A program made the position numbers and the translations under genes. Positions 12,827 through 26,219 of a stretch of DNA of 64,000 bases are shown here, in pieces. Position 1 is the first letter of the stretch, and each line of letters opens with the position of its first letter. Source of the DNA: Podarcis filfolensis (lineage: Eukaryota); assembly GCA_964270895.1 (NCBI GenBank), contig OZ185441.1; one strand, 5' to 3'. Under the pieces are notes generated by a model, which was given only the letters and a program-made list of their open reading frames with translations, searched no databases and was not told the origin of the DNA.

Positions 12827-13464
12827 CAGTGGTGGACAAGGGTACTATGGTGCCCTGTGCAAGGCCAAAGTTTGGAGACAAACCTTCCCCCCCCCATCCT
12901 CACACTGCCTTCCCAAAGACAGGTAAGGAGGTACCCAGCTTTGGAAATGAGGTGTTAGGGCTTTGGTAGGGTCCTAGCACTCTCCCACCTCCTTCCCAAA
13001 GCTGGGAAAGTACAAACTAGGGTAAGGAAAGGAGGATGGAAGACTATAGGACCCTGTTAGCAGGGCCGTCTTACCCATAGGTGCTAGGGGTGTAGTAGGG
13101 CACCCGGGCACCAGGCCAAGATTCCAGGGCCCGAGAGTTGAGTCCAGGGAAGAGCCTGCCCATTGGTCAGAGCGCTGTGGTGGGCTCTTCTGCTGTGCAA
13201 GTTCGGGGGCGACTGAGCCAGCGAGACACTGAGGCGACCAGTTGGCTCTGCCCTCCTGCACACCTGGAACTGGGCAACCTGGGGGGGGGCATCGAGCGGA
13301 TCTTTGCACCCTGGCACCACATATGCTTCAGACAGCCCTGCCTGTTAGAGCCTCATGCATCCTCCCCAAAGCCCAGCACCTTGCTTACCAGACTTTGAGA
13401 TGCGCCCCCTTGGCTCAGCATCCAATGTATGCGCACCATTCCAACAGCCCTAAATCCACCCTTG
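12827..13464. mobile_element. Older hAT-like non-autonomous element hosting a nested MITE
   Basis: Termini cagtggtgga / tccacccttg; degenerate 8-bp TSD cctgaata / catgaatg (6/8); internal module homologous to ~50060-50300. Confidence 0.55.
13061..13340. mobile_element. hAT-type MITE (280 bp), nested insertion
   Basis: TIRs cagggccgtct / agacagccctg; perfect 8-bp TSD CCTGTTAG at 13053-13060 and 13341-13348. Confidence 0.92.
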
Positions 13465-15434
13465 CATGAATGGGATTAATTTTTTTACCCAAGTTTGGGG
13501 CTCGGAATAACTTGGTCCTGCTTCTGGAGTAGCATCACTGAGCTAGTAACCTGTCATTCATTGGATCTTGATCCTAAGGCTTTGCTGAGATTACACATGC
13601 ACAGCTTGCCATGGTTTCTGTTTAACATCTTTCTTTTCCCTCGTCACTGGGCTTTGTCCAGCTGCAGGTAGTGGAGAGGACAGAAGGTGAATAAAGAGAT
13701 GCAAGTGGAGGGAGCCATGAACTGCAAAGTTTGTGCCAACTGTAAAATTTTAGAAAATATGCAAGTTGAACTGGAAGATGAGTGAAGCAAAATATGAACA
13801 TCAAACCCATGCAACTATAACAGAATGTAACTGGAAAATCTGCATGACTCTATGTTCTAGTTGCTACTATGAAGGTGGTTTTATGCTCCTATTTGATTAT
13901 CTGATGTTCCAATGGATTTCTTTGGTATAGTCACATGTGATCATCTGTACATTCACTTAATGCTCAACCACTCCTTAACTGCACTAGACTAGTATTTGTC
14001 AGGAGACTATGCTGTAAAAATAAAAAATAAAAATAAAACAAAATTCCAACCCTTGAGTGTGCTTTTTCATATATTCTTTGTAGGCGCCTCCTACATTTTG
14101 AATAAAGTTGTGTGTACAAACTAAATCACCATTGCAAGTCTCTGACAACACTTATATATTATGCTTGAAATATTGCTTTTCCTTGCAGGAATGACATCCA
14201 TAATCTTTCTTGGTCACATTGCTGATTAAGCATATGCTACATAGATTTAAGATGCCATTGATACAATGGCTATATTACTGAATTCAATAGGAGATAAAAA
14301 TGAAAACTTAGGGAGATTTGCATGCTTTGAGAAAGCAGCACATAGGTAAAGAACCATTACAATCACGATGGGCCAGCCAGATTATATAAATCTGGTGCTA
14401 ACTGCACTCTGCAAAAGTCTATTTTCATTAAAAACTCATTCTTAATGAAAATTCAACAGCACATTTGAACCACTTTATAATACAGATAGATGGAAAGAGA
14501 TATTTATTAGGTGGATGTCACAATCCAAAAATGTACTTTAGGCTCATTGTGGCTCATTTATTTATATTTCTTGGAAAAGCATGTAACTTTTGGAAGTTCC
14601 GTGTGTTTTAAAAGTAGTTTGCCATGTGGTACTTGAAGCTGCTTTGTGAGAAATGCAAGTCGAAAGCATTCTGAATGTGAATAACAAAATGTGGAATGGT
14701 TTGGATTAAGGGCATAGAAAAGTTAATCAAAATTTGTTATTTTTCTATAGCCACCTGAATGCTGCCCTTTTCACTTCTTTATGCAAAATGATAAGATCGT
14801 ATCTTTTATTATTCCTTTTTCTTAAGTGATGAGAGGCTATGTTTTTCATAGGAATAGCTAACTCCCACTTTTTTTGCCCAAGGACCACATCTATTCTTGG
14901 CCAACCCTTAGGGGGCTTCTTTGATGCTGGTGCATCAAAAATGGGTTTGGCTCCCCACAGTCTTGTACACGCACACCCAACCAAATGTACAGGAGTTGCA
15001 GGATGTGCACAAAGAACACCAAGACATACAGGACACACAACCAAAAGAATTTAAGTGATAGCACTTTCAATGGCAAATTGGCAATGCACTTTTCCACCCC
15101 ACACTTCCAAATTGACAATGCTATGAAGCTCTGACCCGAGTGAGTAAGTGTGTTCTTGACCTGACTAAAATGCAAGGCTATAGTGGGAAAAGAAGAGCTC
15201 AGCTTAACCCTTAAGCAGTGATTAGAATCTTGATCCTGACCATGCATCTTGGCTGTCCTTTGGAAAAGTATAAGCTTTGCTCCTGTCATTATTTCCTGTT
15301 GGTCTGTACTGCTGGTTACACCCACTTCCTTTTGCATACCTTAAGGGAATTTAGGATATCTTTATTCTTTAGGGCTAAGAATGTGTCAGTGTATTATGAC
15401 TGGGTGCTGCCTGCATATTATCACTTTGTATGGT

Positions 15435-15790
15435 GCTTGAGGAGACTCTTGAGAGTCCCATGGACTGCAAGAAGATCAAACCTATCCATTCTTAAGGAAA
15501 TCAGTGCTAAGTGCTCACTGGAAGGACAGATCGTGAAGCTGAGGCTCCAATACTTTGGCCACCTCATGAGAAGAGAAGACTCCCTGGAAAAGACCCTGAT
15601 GTTGGGAAAGATGGAGGGCACAAGGAAAAGGGGACGACAGAAGACGAGATGGTTGGATAGTGTTCTCAAAGCTACCAGCATGAGTTTGACCAAACTGCAG
15701 GAGGCAGTGGAAGACAAGAGTGCTTGGCGTGCTCTGGTCCATGGGGTCATGAAGAGTCGGACATGACTAAATGACTAAACAACAACAAAA
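15435..15790 (+). mobile_element. Bov-B (RTE clade) LINE, 5'-truncated 3' end
   Basis: Translates to RRLLRVPWTARRSNLSILKEIS...LRLQYFGHLMRREDSLEKTLMLGKMEG.RKRGRQKTRWLD, the characteristic Bov-B C-terminus; ends gagtcggacatgact plus a CAA tail. Confidence 0.95.
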
Positions 15791-15803
15791 CCTACTGTTA
15801 AAG

Positions 15804-16377
15804 TGTCTTGACAAATGCAAGGTGGTTCTTTTAAATGAGATTCAGAAGTAATACAAAACACAAGTGAGTGAGAAGGTTAAAGATTTTATTGTAAACAGCA
15901 AGTGATATATACATACCAAGCAAGCACCTCAATCTGGAAGCCCTCAAGAAGTGGTGAAGTGACTTCCCCAGGTAGCCTCAGTTTGCACAGCCTCGTGGCC
16001 ATCAGTCCATGATGAGCTTCTCAGACTCTGCCCAACGCCATCTGATTTATAGATAGCTAGCCTGTTAGCCTGCATGGCTTGCTCGACTGACTACGTGCAG
16101 ATTATTCATTAGCCACCTCTCCCAATGCCTCACATTCTCCAAAAAATGTCTAACATCAAAGAAGGTGAAGGTACCCAGTACAATCATTTCCTTCCACAGA
16201 TTAGGGCATTAAAGGCTGTTCTCAGCCATCAAAGAGCTGAACGAGAGATAAGGAAAAAGAAGGAACAGGGGGCAGGAAGGATAAACATGTCAGATCACTA
16301 ACTGCTCAAAATACAAATATCTCCAGATAGATTGCCCATACATAAAGCCATGTACTCTCCGTCTTTTCTTTGTAACA
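15804..16377 (-). mobile_element. Probable solo LTR
   Basis: Minus strand starts TGTTACA and ends ...AGACA; TATA-like ctataaat at ~16045-16052, then AATAAA at ~15885-15890; no matching TSD. Confidence 0.5.
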
Positions 16378-19200
16378 ACACACATTTTTGAGAGTTTCTT
16401 AGAGTGAAAAGTTATTTATTGGGTAAAAGATTAAATATTTGAAAATCTTTTAAACATCCATCAGTCTCTATGTTCCAGTTTTGATTCTTCTCATAGAAGG
16501 TACATGTTGGGGTTATATCCATGCTGGACACACATGTGGTTCATACATGTAACACATGTAACATATGATCCATCAGCAACAAAGAATAAATTTACTGTAT
16601 CTTCTGTATAACATGTGCTTCCCCTGAGAATCCTAAGTATATTGTGTTACCAAAAAAAAAATTGGGTTGGGCTGAAATTTCTCAAAAAAGAATTTGGGGT
16701 GGGTGTGTGTCTTTCCCCCCCCTCCAAACTGTTGGAGAATTTCATTGGGACAAACCGGAGAATATTTGCTGAAGTGCCCTCCAACGTCTCTGCAATGAAT
16801 AAAGTATTGCAGCTGTGATTCCAGATTTAATTATTGGTTGTTATTGTTTAAAAGTGATTGAAGGAAGCAGTGGGGCTTGGCCCCTAAGCCTTCTGATCAT
16901 CCTCTCTTAGTCCACTACTTCCTGTATTTCACATGAATATAATTTCATTCAATATTAACTACACCAAAATTTATCAGAAGAGAATTTCTTTTTCAGCCAT
17001 CCCGAAACATTGGAGAATTTCTGTTCCCCTGCAGAGGAAATCCAGTATCCCTGTTCTTTTGCCACGCAGAATGGAGGCAATTTTCACCCAGCACTAAAAT
17101 ATGTGTGCCAATGTACTTTTATAGACATAGTGTAATGTATGTGCTATTTAAGGTCACTGGCAAAAGCTGCTGCATGCATGTGTATATGTATTTTGTATTT
17201 ATATCTGCTATTGGATAATGAGGATTTTTTGCTGCTTAAATCAGACTCAGAAAAAACTTTGCCGAGCTATGGAAAAAAGTCTGCCCCCAACATCAGCTCA
17301 AGAAGCAGATTTTCATGACAAATGTGTGAGAAGGGAACTGGCAATAGCCTTAGCTTCAGATTATCTTACAGAATTCAGAAAAGGGAAATATGATCCCCGA
17401 CTCCTATTCATTATAGGCCTCAGCCACTAAGCTTTGCTGCTGTACTTTGAGACTCTGAATTCTTCAGCAAGGAAAGAATTCCCCAACAATAGGAAAGCGA
17501 TTTGTGCTGATGCTGGCAAGCACATGATTAAGAATGCAGATGTGGTAATCACCTCCATGTACTGGAAGCTTATTGCATATTTGGAAACAGTGCTTCTGGA
17601 GGGAAGCAAAATAAAGAAATAATAAATGAAAATGGCTGTGCACATTTATTGTACACAGAGAAAAGTTGAAAACTGGAGAGGCAAGTTACAGAGAGAAGTT
17701 GGCTCCTGTTCTTTTGTGTCAGGACCCTCCACTCCTTCCTATGTAGCCCTTGGAACTCTCCTCAGGACATACCTCTCACTGGCCCTGGTGTGCCCTCTGA
17801 GTGCTTCTGCCTGACTGGAATGCCTTGAACTCTGATAATGGATCTTGGATGGAGGACACAGGTATGTGTGTCTAGAAATGAACCTACACAAAGATAAAAC
17901 TTACATTTATTGATCTACCCATTCTTGCCTCTGGCACCTTCCATCAGTGGCATGTGGCCCAATGATGGATGCCCCAAAGGGAATGTCTCCCTTGTGGTGA
18001 AACAGGGTCTATGTAATGAATGAAATCACGTGTTCTATCCAAGGATAGATTCAACATTAACAAGAATTGCAGTTGTTGACTTTGCTGCCACTTAGTTCCG
18101 TTTTGCAAACAAGCTTCACATTTGGAAGCATCAGTAGATGCCATGAGGGATTGCTTAGATCAACAGGAACCTGAGAGTGCTGTCCTCATAAGAAAAGCCC
18201 CTGCTCCCCTTCACTCCTGGAATATAAGATGCAAAACAGTGTTGCATGGTTCCCTGCTCAATGGAAATGCCTAAGTTTTGCTTTCCTTGGGAACAAAGAG
18301 CACTGAAGGTATATGACACATTTGTCATGTTTTCTTTATAAATGCAACACATGGACCCTCTACTAGCTAGCCAGCAAATCAGTAAACCCACATTAGAATT
18401 TCAGACGGAAATTGTCTGCACTTCAAGGTGGCTTCAACCAACATTTATCCTACTCTAACCTCCCCCCCCCACCTTTAGTTCAAGCATCCTAGTGTGATGA
18501 GGAAGAGCAACAAAACCTTTACTGGCTAACAAACCTAAGTATGTATGAGCAGGCACACATAACCTCTTTATGACTCATTGTTACATTATGCAAGATGAGA
18601 TTGAATGGATGCGAGCACCATGTGGCAAAATGCAATAAATGTGAAAGGCAATGTGTGAACCAGCCTATTCAGTCTTAAGATGCTTGAGCAAATGAACATA
18701 TCTTGATGAATGAAAAAACTTAACTCTACATTTTTTTTTAAAAGATAGAAGAGAGGAAAGCCTGATCAATCTACCATTCAGCATTATAACACTAAACTGG
18801 CTGAAAGTCAAGAATTGCAGATTAACCGGTTCATGGATTAGGTTGCTAGAAAAATGTGCATTGGGTCAAGAATTGAGTTGCCACCTGCATCTACACTACA
18901 TAAAAGACTGATCACTCAAAGGCTGGTCTGCTTATGGATCAATTGCTAAGCTTCATTGCTAACCTTTAATTCATTCTTCACATCCCAGCTGTGGACGGCA
19001 AAAACACAATGTATTCCTGGAACAACTGGTGACAAAAAAAAGATACTTTAGAAGGGGCATTTTAAAATATATATTTTAGCAGGTACCAGATAATATTGTC
19101 TAAAAAAAAAGCCTTCCCAGAATATTTATTAAAACAAGTTTATGTGTTAAAATGTTTATTATCAATAGTAAAGTTTTTTAGTGTTTAGTATTAATTAGAG

Positions 19201-19410
19201 CAGGGGTGAGGAACCTCAGACCTAAGGGATGAATTTGGCCATTCCAACTCTGTCTGGTTCTCAGGAATCTCACCACATCATGCTTCTCCAGGTCACACCA
19301 CACCTAGCTATACCCCCACCTGCTCCATGCCTTTCTCATGTACTTTTTCTTGGCTGGACTATGTTACTCAACTGTGATAATGTCCCTGCTTGCTTGGATG
19401 GAGCATCAAG

Positions 19411-19461
<51 letters not shown>

Positions 19462-19608
19462 CCACTGACTTTTACATGGCTTGAACGCAACCTACAGCAC
19501 AAAAAGTAATAGTCAAATCCATTGCTTCATCCATTTTTGCCTCTGGCCCCATCCATCACTGTGGTCTCTGGCAGGCAATCCTGAGGCTGAAAGGGTTTCC
19601 CACCCCTA
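19201..19608. mobile_element. Old hAT-like MITE with an internal (GT)n at 19413-19458
   Basis: Termini caggggtgaggaacc / gggtttcccacccct; TSD degenerate. Confidence 0.6.
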
Positions 19609-20544
19609 ATCAAGAGAATCGAAAACTTTTTAAAAAATATAAAAGACTAAACAGGGATGGATTTCACTCTTCAGGGTCACAGCACAAAGAGGTGTCTTTC
19701 TCTGCCCATCTACCATTTCTAGTGGGGGAGATGAAGATTTTAATTTGAAACTCATAGTGTCCACTAAGTGAGATGCCTTCTACCACCAACAGGACTGGCA
19801 ACAAGATTGAGAGGGCTCTAGAGAATGGTGTGTTCCTCCCATGTCAGTAGGTCTTGGTGGGTTTTCTTGGCTGTGGTGACAGCACTTCAAGTAGTTTTGG
19901 GCAGCTAGACATGGCAGTCTTTTCAATTTCCCATAAATCTTCAAAGTGACCCTAGGTTGAGGGCATAGTAGGAAATAAAAGGATGGCTAGATCCAGTCAT
20001 CAGTTTGGTGAGTGTGTCAGACCAAAAGAATAAGGAGAACACAGGGCAGGCATAGAAGTGAGCCTAGCCAGAGCCTTGAGGCCTTGGAAGGTACCCGAAA
20101 AGCTCAGTGGCTGACACTGGTGCTGAGCACCAATACTAGGCACGTACAGAAGGAATAGTGAAAAAAGAAAAGAAGTGGAGATATCAGGTTCATGCACATA
20201 TTGTAGCTGCATACAGATGCTGCTTGGGTTAATACCATAAATTTGTACAATAGCAGTGTAACTCCTATGAAATCAATACGATAAAATGTAACTTGAGAAA
20301 AGCTACATTTTGAATCTGCTATTTGCATGCATTAATACCACATCCACCGAAATTCTGTCAATCACATTTGCCCAAGAGAGGTCAGATTGAATTTCTTTCT
20401 AAAGTGACTCACGCAATAGAAACAGAAAACATAAATTTTAGTTCATTCCTTCCTCCCCCCCGCAATCTTTTGCAGACACAAAGAACAGCAAGCATAATTT
20501 ATTTATATAATTCTGTAACATAGCCACATACAGAATACTGTATT

Positions 20545-20909
20545 AAAGGTAAAGGTAAAGGGACCCCTGACCATTAGGTCCAGTCGTGACCGACTCTGGG
20601 GTTGCGGTGCTCATCTTGCTTTATTGGCTGATGGAGCCGGCGTTTGTCCGCAGACAGCTTCCGGGTCATGTGGCCAGCATGACTAAGCCACTTGTGGCGA
20701 ACCAGAGCAGTGCACGGAAACGCCGTTTACCTTCCCGCCAGAGTGGTACCTATTTATCTACTTGCACTTTGACGTGCTTTCGAACTGCTAGGTTGGCAGG
20801 AGCAGGGACCGAACAACGGGTGCTCACCCCGTTGCGGGGATTCGAACCACCGACCTTCTGATCTGCAAGTCCTAGGCTCTGTGGTTTAACCCACAGTGCC
20901 ACCATTTCC
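20545..20909 (-). mobile_element. Sauria SINE (Squam1, lacertid type), near full length
   Basis: Reverse complement has tRNA head ggtggcactgtgggttaaacc, B box ggttcgaatccc, body gtagataaataggtacc and an (ACCTTT)n tail. Confidence 0.93.
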
Positions 20910-22524
20910 ATCTAATAAAAATATGAAACTGAAAAAAGGTACAGAAAATTAGGATCACAATCCTATGCCTTACTTAGATGAAAATGACTTCCTCATTGAA
21001 AGTGGTAGTCCATAATACATGGTCACTTGGTTGGGGATCCCTGGTTAGGCAAAGCCTTAGAGAGCTGTTTTCCAGGTATATATCAGTGATGATATTTAAA
21101 TGAAGACTCCATATGAAGAGGCAATAGATATCTCACTTGGTGCTCATTAATGATAGTCAAATGAGATTCCAAAGTATACCATTGAGGTTCGGTTGAGATA
21201 TATACTGCCCATATAAATGGGACTTTTATTTAAATGTTGTAACATATTGAGCTATCAAGGCTATGGTAATGACACTGAAATGAATTGTCCTCTTTTTCTC
21301 AATGAATATATTTAATTTTTTCCCCAATTCAGTGCAGTGGGGCTTACTTACGATTACATTATGCTAGAACAACAAGTAACTATGGCTTTCAAGCCTTGTT
21401 GATGAGCAGTGGCATCTGGCTGACAGCAACTCCTGCTGAAGACAGGCTAATGGACTCAGACAACCTTGGTAGGATCCAGCAAGACAATTCTTCTACTCTC
21501 TTATTTTCACTTGTACTTAGATAAGGTTTACTGACGAATGGTCCAGATATAAACCAAATATTGTTTCCTTGACCAAGTGCCTCTCTTGTTTCTTTGAGGA
21601 CAACTACACACAACACTGTAAGCGTGTAAACATTTTATGGGCACAGTATTTGTTATTTGAAGAGAAGCTAGGATGGGGATAAAAAGGATCAGGACTCAGG
21701 TGAGTCAGGGAAGGAGGGGATAACCTTTTCCTCATTCAGCAGTCTCACAGAAATTAACCCTTTTGTCCTACAGCTAAAATCCCTGTGGGTGGATTTGTGG
21801 ACTGTGATGTACAGTAGATGGATTAAACTGCCCTCCTCACATGTTGAAGTCCTGGTGCTATCTGAACACCATATGGGATGAGAGAGAGACGGGGGGTGAC
21901 ATTTTTACATTTGTTTAATGTTGTGTATTGTTTGTAGAGCACCACACTGTATTCAGCCAATCCCCAAACCAAAACTAATGGGGGAATCGGGGCATTGGTC
22001 AAGTCAGGTTGAGATAGTCCCAGATCACCACAGGTTAGTTTATGCAGCCCAGAGCAATCCAAGGCTGTCAGGAGGAGGGGATGTAGGAAAGAGATACAGG
22101 CTGGGTGGGGAAAAGGAGAAGCAGTGAAAACAAGGGACCTACCAGGAGGCTGCACTCTTCTGGGAGAAGGTGGGAGATAGGTGGATTAGTTTCCCACCAG
22201 GCCTCTCGTTCTTTCCACCCCCTGAAGCAGCACTGCACAGGATCAAATCTTCCAGCTTACCAACTGAGAATTTGATCCTGTGCAGTGCCAGTTGCTGCTC
22301 CTTGATGAGAGCACTCACAGACTAGAATCCAAGCCTTCCCATTCAAACATCTGTTTATCTGATGTAAACTGGACATTTTTAATGGATGGATGGATGGGGG
22401 ATAACAACAAAGCAGCCACACTTTAAAACATCTGGATGACACCACATTGTCTACTCCAGGCATATAAATTTGGATGCTCATCCCTATTCTGAAATGCCAA
22501 CCTGTGGGCAGCAGTGCAGGGAAC

Positions 22525-22710
22525 CACAGCTCAGTGACAGAGCATATGTGTTTTATGTGGAAAGTCCCAGGTTCAGTTCACAGCATCTTCAGTTAAAAAA
22601 GAGGTGTGGGGGAAAGCAAATCTCTTTCTCATACTGTGGAGAGCCAGTTAGAGTACGGGAATAAATGGACAAATAATTGGACCCAGTATAAGACAGATTT
22701 CTAGGTGCTT
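22525..22710 (+). mobile_element. Degenerate tRNA-derived SINE (same family as 12135-12295)
   Basis: gctcagtgacagagcat...cccaggttca...cagtataagacag. Confidence 0.55.
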
Positions 22711-23391
22711 GCAAACATCAGGAAGAAGATTGGTTAGTGATAACTGTCCATACCACTGCAATTAGAATATCTGTCTCAGAAACCAAACCTATTGGATAAT
22801 AGAATAATATATGCTCCCTTTCTGAATGCTTACTACAACTAGAACCACAATATAACTTAGGACAAGTTGGGGTCAGCCTCACTCTTGCTGACAAGAGTAA
22901 GCAACTTTATTTAATAGAGCAAACAAATGCACAGGGTGATCAATTCTTAATTACTTTAAAATTTTAATCCCTGCCTTACTGGAAGTCTCAGGTGTGATAG
23001 TCAAAATCTGTATTAAAATGCAAATGGGTCATTACATCCTTGGAATTATTTGAACTAGAATATTTGATTTCCTGCACTCTAATTCATCCTACCCAGAGAC
23101 TAGTAAGTGTGGGTTGTTTAGCTGTAGCAGAAGAATTAGAGTAGATTCAAAGTATGTTTAAAATTCAGGAAGTAAAGGAAATGGCAAGATAATCAGGAGC
23201 AATGGGGAATAAATCACAAATAAGGTGTAAGGGCTGTTGTCACTGCATTTCCAGGGATAAAAGTGAATATCTGAGCTTTTCATTCTCCAAAGTGAAAACT
23301 GCATATTGGATATTGACAAGCTGCAACGTGGAATGTGTGTGGGGGGGGTGAGGGGGCAGCAAGATGATAAAGGGTCTGGAAACCAAGCCAT

Positions 23392-23765
23392 ATTAGGAAT
23401 GGTTGAGGGAGCTGGCTATATTTAGCCTGGAAAAGAGGAGACTGGGAGGAGAAATGATAGCCATCTTCAAATATCTAAAGGGCTGTCACATGGAAGATGG
23501 AGCAAGCTTGTTTTCACCTGTTCCAGAGGGTAGTGCTTGGATCAATGGATTCGAGTTGAAAGAAAGGAGATTCTGACTAGACATCAGGAATAACTTTCTG
23601 ACAGCAAGAGCTGTTTGACTGTGAAACAGGCTCTCCGTTTGAGGTTTTTAGGCAGAAGTTGGATAGCCATCTGCCAAGGATGCTTTAGTTAAGATTTCTG
23701 CATTGCAAGGGGTTGAACTAGATGATCCTTGGGTCCCTTCCAACTCTACAATTCTATGATTCTGT
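23392..23765 (+). mobile_element. CR1 LINE 3' end
   Basis: tttagcctggaaaagaggagact...atcttcaaatatctaaagggctgtc...gggtcccttccaactct, ending in the CR1 attctatgattctg terminal repeat. Confidence 0.92.
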
Positions 23766-24578
23766 AAGATAATAGGGAGGATTTTGCACATGCCTACTCA
23801 TCGCACCATTTTCAGTGACAGATTGCAGGAAAATGAGCTGGTGCAAATGGGCTGGAGAAGAGGATCACTTTCTTTTCTGCCTTGCTTCCATCATCTATAC
23901 AGCAGAGCTTTCTTATGAGAGACCCATAACCATAGATTATGTACAAGGAGAGCATTAACTCCTTCAAGAATTTCTTGGGGAATATGCTTGTCCCAGCTGC
24001 CAGTTCTGTGTTTAGTATTTCAGGCATGCCGGCCATTTATTTAATACAGTAAAACCACAAGGGCTCTGCTGGCACAGCAGCAGTCATTCATTACAGAACT
24101 TGGACGGAAACTCCCTTGGAGAGGGCTTGGGCATAGCATTGCATTAGAGCATGCTGCTAACCTCTGCTGTAAGTCTACTCCAGAAAGGAACCAACTGATA
24201 ATACATAACTGAATCCAGAGAGGACAACTAAACCAGCAGTCTTTTTAATGCAGAACAGAGCACATCCAGCTATAGAAAGGCATAGATTTTAATGGCAAGG
24301 ATGCAAAAGTCATAATTTGATTATTAGAGCAGTGCATGGGCAATTGTACTGGGCTTGAGCTATGAAGCCCTAATTAGCTCCTATATACCCAAGTGCTTTT
24401 CTCTCTCCTAGTCATATCTTTATTGTAATCTACGGTACTTTTCCACAGAGCTCTGCACCAAAAGTGGCATTTGCATTTAAAAAAATGAAAAACAATAAAT
24501 CTCATAAATAACACACTCTTACACTTACAGTGTAATAGTAAAACAGTAAAACCATGAGGCATAAGCCTCAGATGAAAA

Positions 24579-25313
24579 TAAGGTTACCAGATTTTTTCAA
24601 AGAATCCGGGGACACTTTTTTTTAAAAGAGAAAAAAAAGTTATTAAAAAAATGTTTTGTGTGTGTGTGTTTTAAAAAAAAGAATATCTTCTCTTCTGTGG
24701 TCTCCTCTGTCACACAGCCTTCCTCGGGGCCCCGGCCTGCACTTTTGGAGCACTAGCCACTGTGGAATAGGCTAAGGTCGGCCCTGGGCTCAGCCACGTG
24801 TCCTTGCCCTCCCGGTGCTCTCCTACCTCTCCTCCTCAGCGGTGGCAGTGGCGCAGCAAGGTCGCGGCTCTACTCTTTTTTCTCCTTCCTCTTTCTCTCT
24901 CTTCCTTCTCTGCTTTTCCCCTGTGTTGGCTCCAGGGTTTGCACTGGGCAGTTGGCCAGGTGTTCTCACTCCCAACTCGATTTGGGTCGGGGGGGCAGCG
25001 GTACCTCTAGCTGACGCACCGGATCCCCGGTTCCCCCTCGGCAGTGGCACAGTTGGCTCTGGCTGGCTTCAGGAGCTGTTCACTGCCATGGCGCCCACCA
25101 TTTTGCCTCACCGGAAGCCCCCATATGATGTGTCTTGTGCCGTTAAACCAATCACACAACAGTCATTCCCTACTAATAAATCTATAACACTTAAAATATA
25201 AATCCGGGGACATTAAATGAAATCCGGGGACATTCTGGGGATAGATTTTGTCCGGGGACAGATTTGTAAATCAGGGGACTGTCCCCAGGAAACAGGGACA
25301 TCTGGTAACCATA
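24579..25313. mobile_element. Non-autonomous hAT element (735 bp)
   Basis: TIRs taaggttaccagat / atctggtaaccata; 8-bp TSD gatgaaaa / gattaaaa (7/8); subterminal tccggggaca repeats; CpG-rich interior. Confidence 0.88.
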
Positions 25314-26219
25314 GATTAAAATCATTTTAACATGGCACCATTTGAGACCGGGGCTGGATCTAGATACATCAAAGAAGTGTTTCAGTTAAACGTGTTGCAA
25401 ACTTTGTATGTGAAATCAGGTTAGCAAATATTAGTGAGCACCATAACAACAAAAACATCAGTTATTTACAAATTATAGCTAAAATTTCTGATATTCTCCT
25501 CCCTCCCATCAATAATAAGGCCAATGTGCATAATTTTTTCCACCATTTTGTGGCAAATGTCCTCTCTCTCTCTCAGTCATACACACTGCCCTGGAATGCA
25601 GCTAGGTCCAGGACATGGGTAAGAATAAAAAATGATAGCCAGGCTGCCAACACAATTGGTATTGTTACTGCTGCCCCTTGTAGTGACTTTCCAAATAAAC
25701 ATATAAATAAACAACCAAAAACATACCAAGGGACAGAAGAAGAAAGCCAGCCTATTTACACTAATGTGGTGAGCCCACTACAAAAAGAAAAACTAAAAAC
25801 AGCTAACCAAGTATTGAGGAAGAAAATGAATTATTTGAGTTAAAAAAGCCTTGAAGGGAAGGTTTATTCTAACCTAAGATTATTGAATTTCTGTCCATAA
25901 TTCATTTGTAATAAAGAGAACTGTGTTCCAAATTAACATTAAGAAAATCAATTAAAATTCCATTTAAACTACTTCTAAAATTGGTCTCAAACATTTTCAC
26001 TCTTTAAAAAAGAGAGGCTGGTGAATAAGCCCCTTGATTTGTGCTTTTATAAGCTGAGTTTGTACTTTTATATATATATGCATAGTAGCTTGATCTACAT
26101 AATTTCTGACTGTTTAAGTGATTCTTAGTAAAAAAAAATATTGCAAAAATACATTTGGAAGTTATTTTCCCCCTTCTGCTTCAGAATTTAATGCAAAGGA
26201 GGGGGCAAGTTTATTTAAA

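Noticed and set aside
13401-13417. CTCF-like gcgccccct(t/a)ggctcag, also at ~46460-46475
   Set aside because: Both lie in related hAT-like repeats and deviate from consensus in the 3' part; they reflect repeat homology, not independent sites
15218-15766. 182-aa ORF
   Set aside because: The C-terminal ~110 aa is Bov-B ORF; the N-terminal part is flanking DNA read by chance
17190-17330. Protein-like reading LLLDNEDFLLLKSDSEKTLPSYGKKSAPNISSRSRFS*
   Set aside because: No acceptor or start codon in frame, and not recognised
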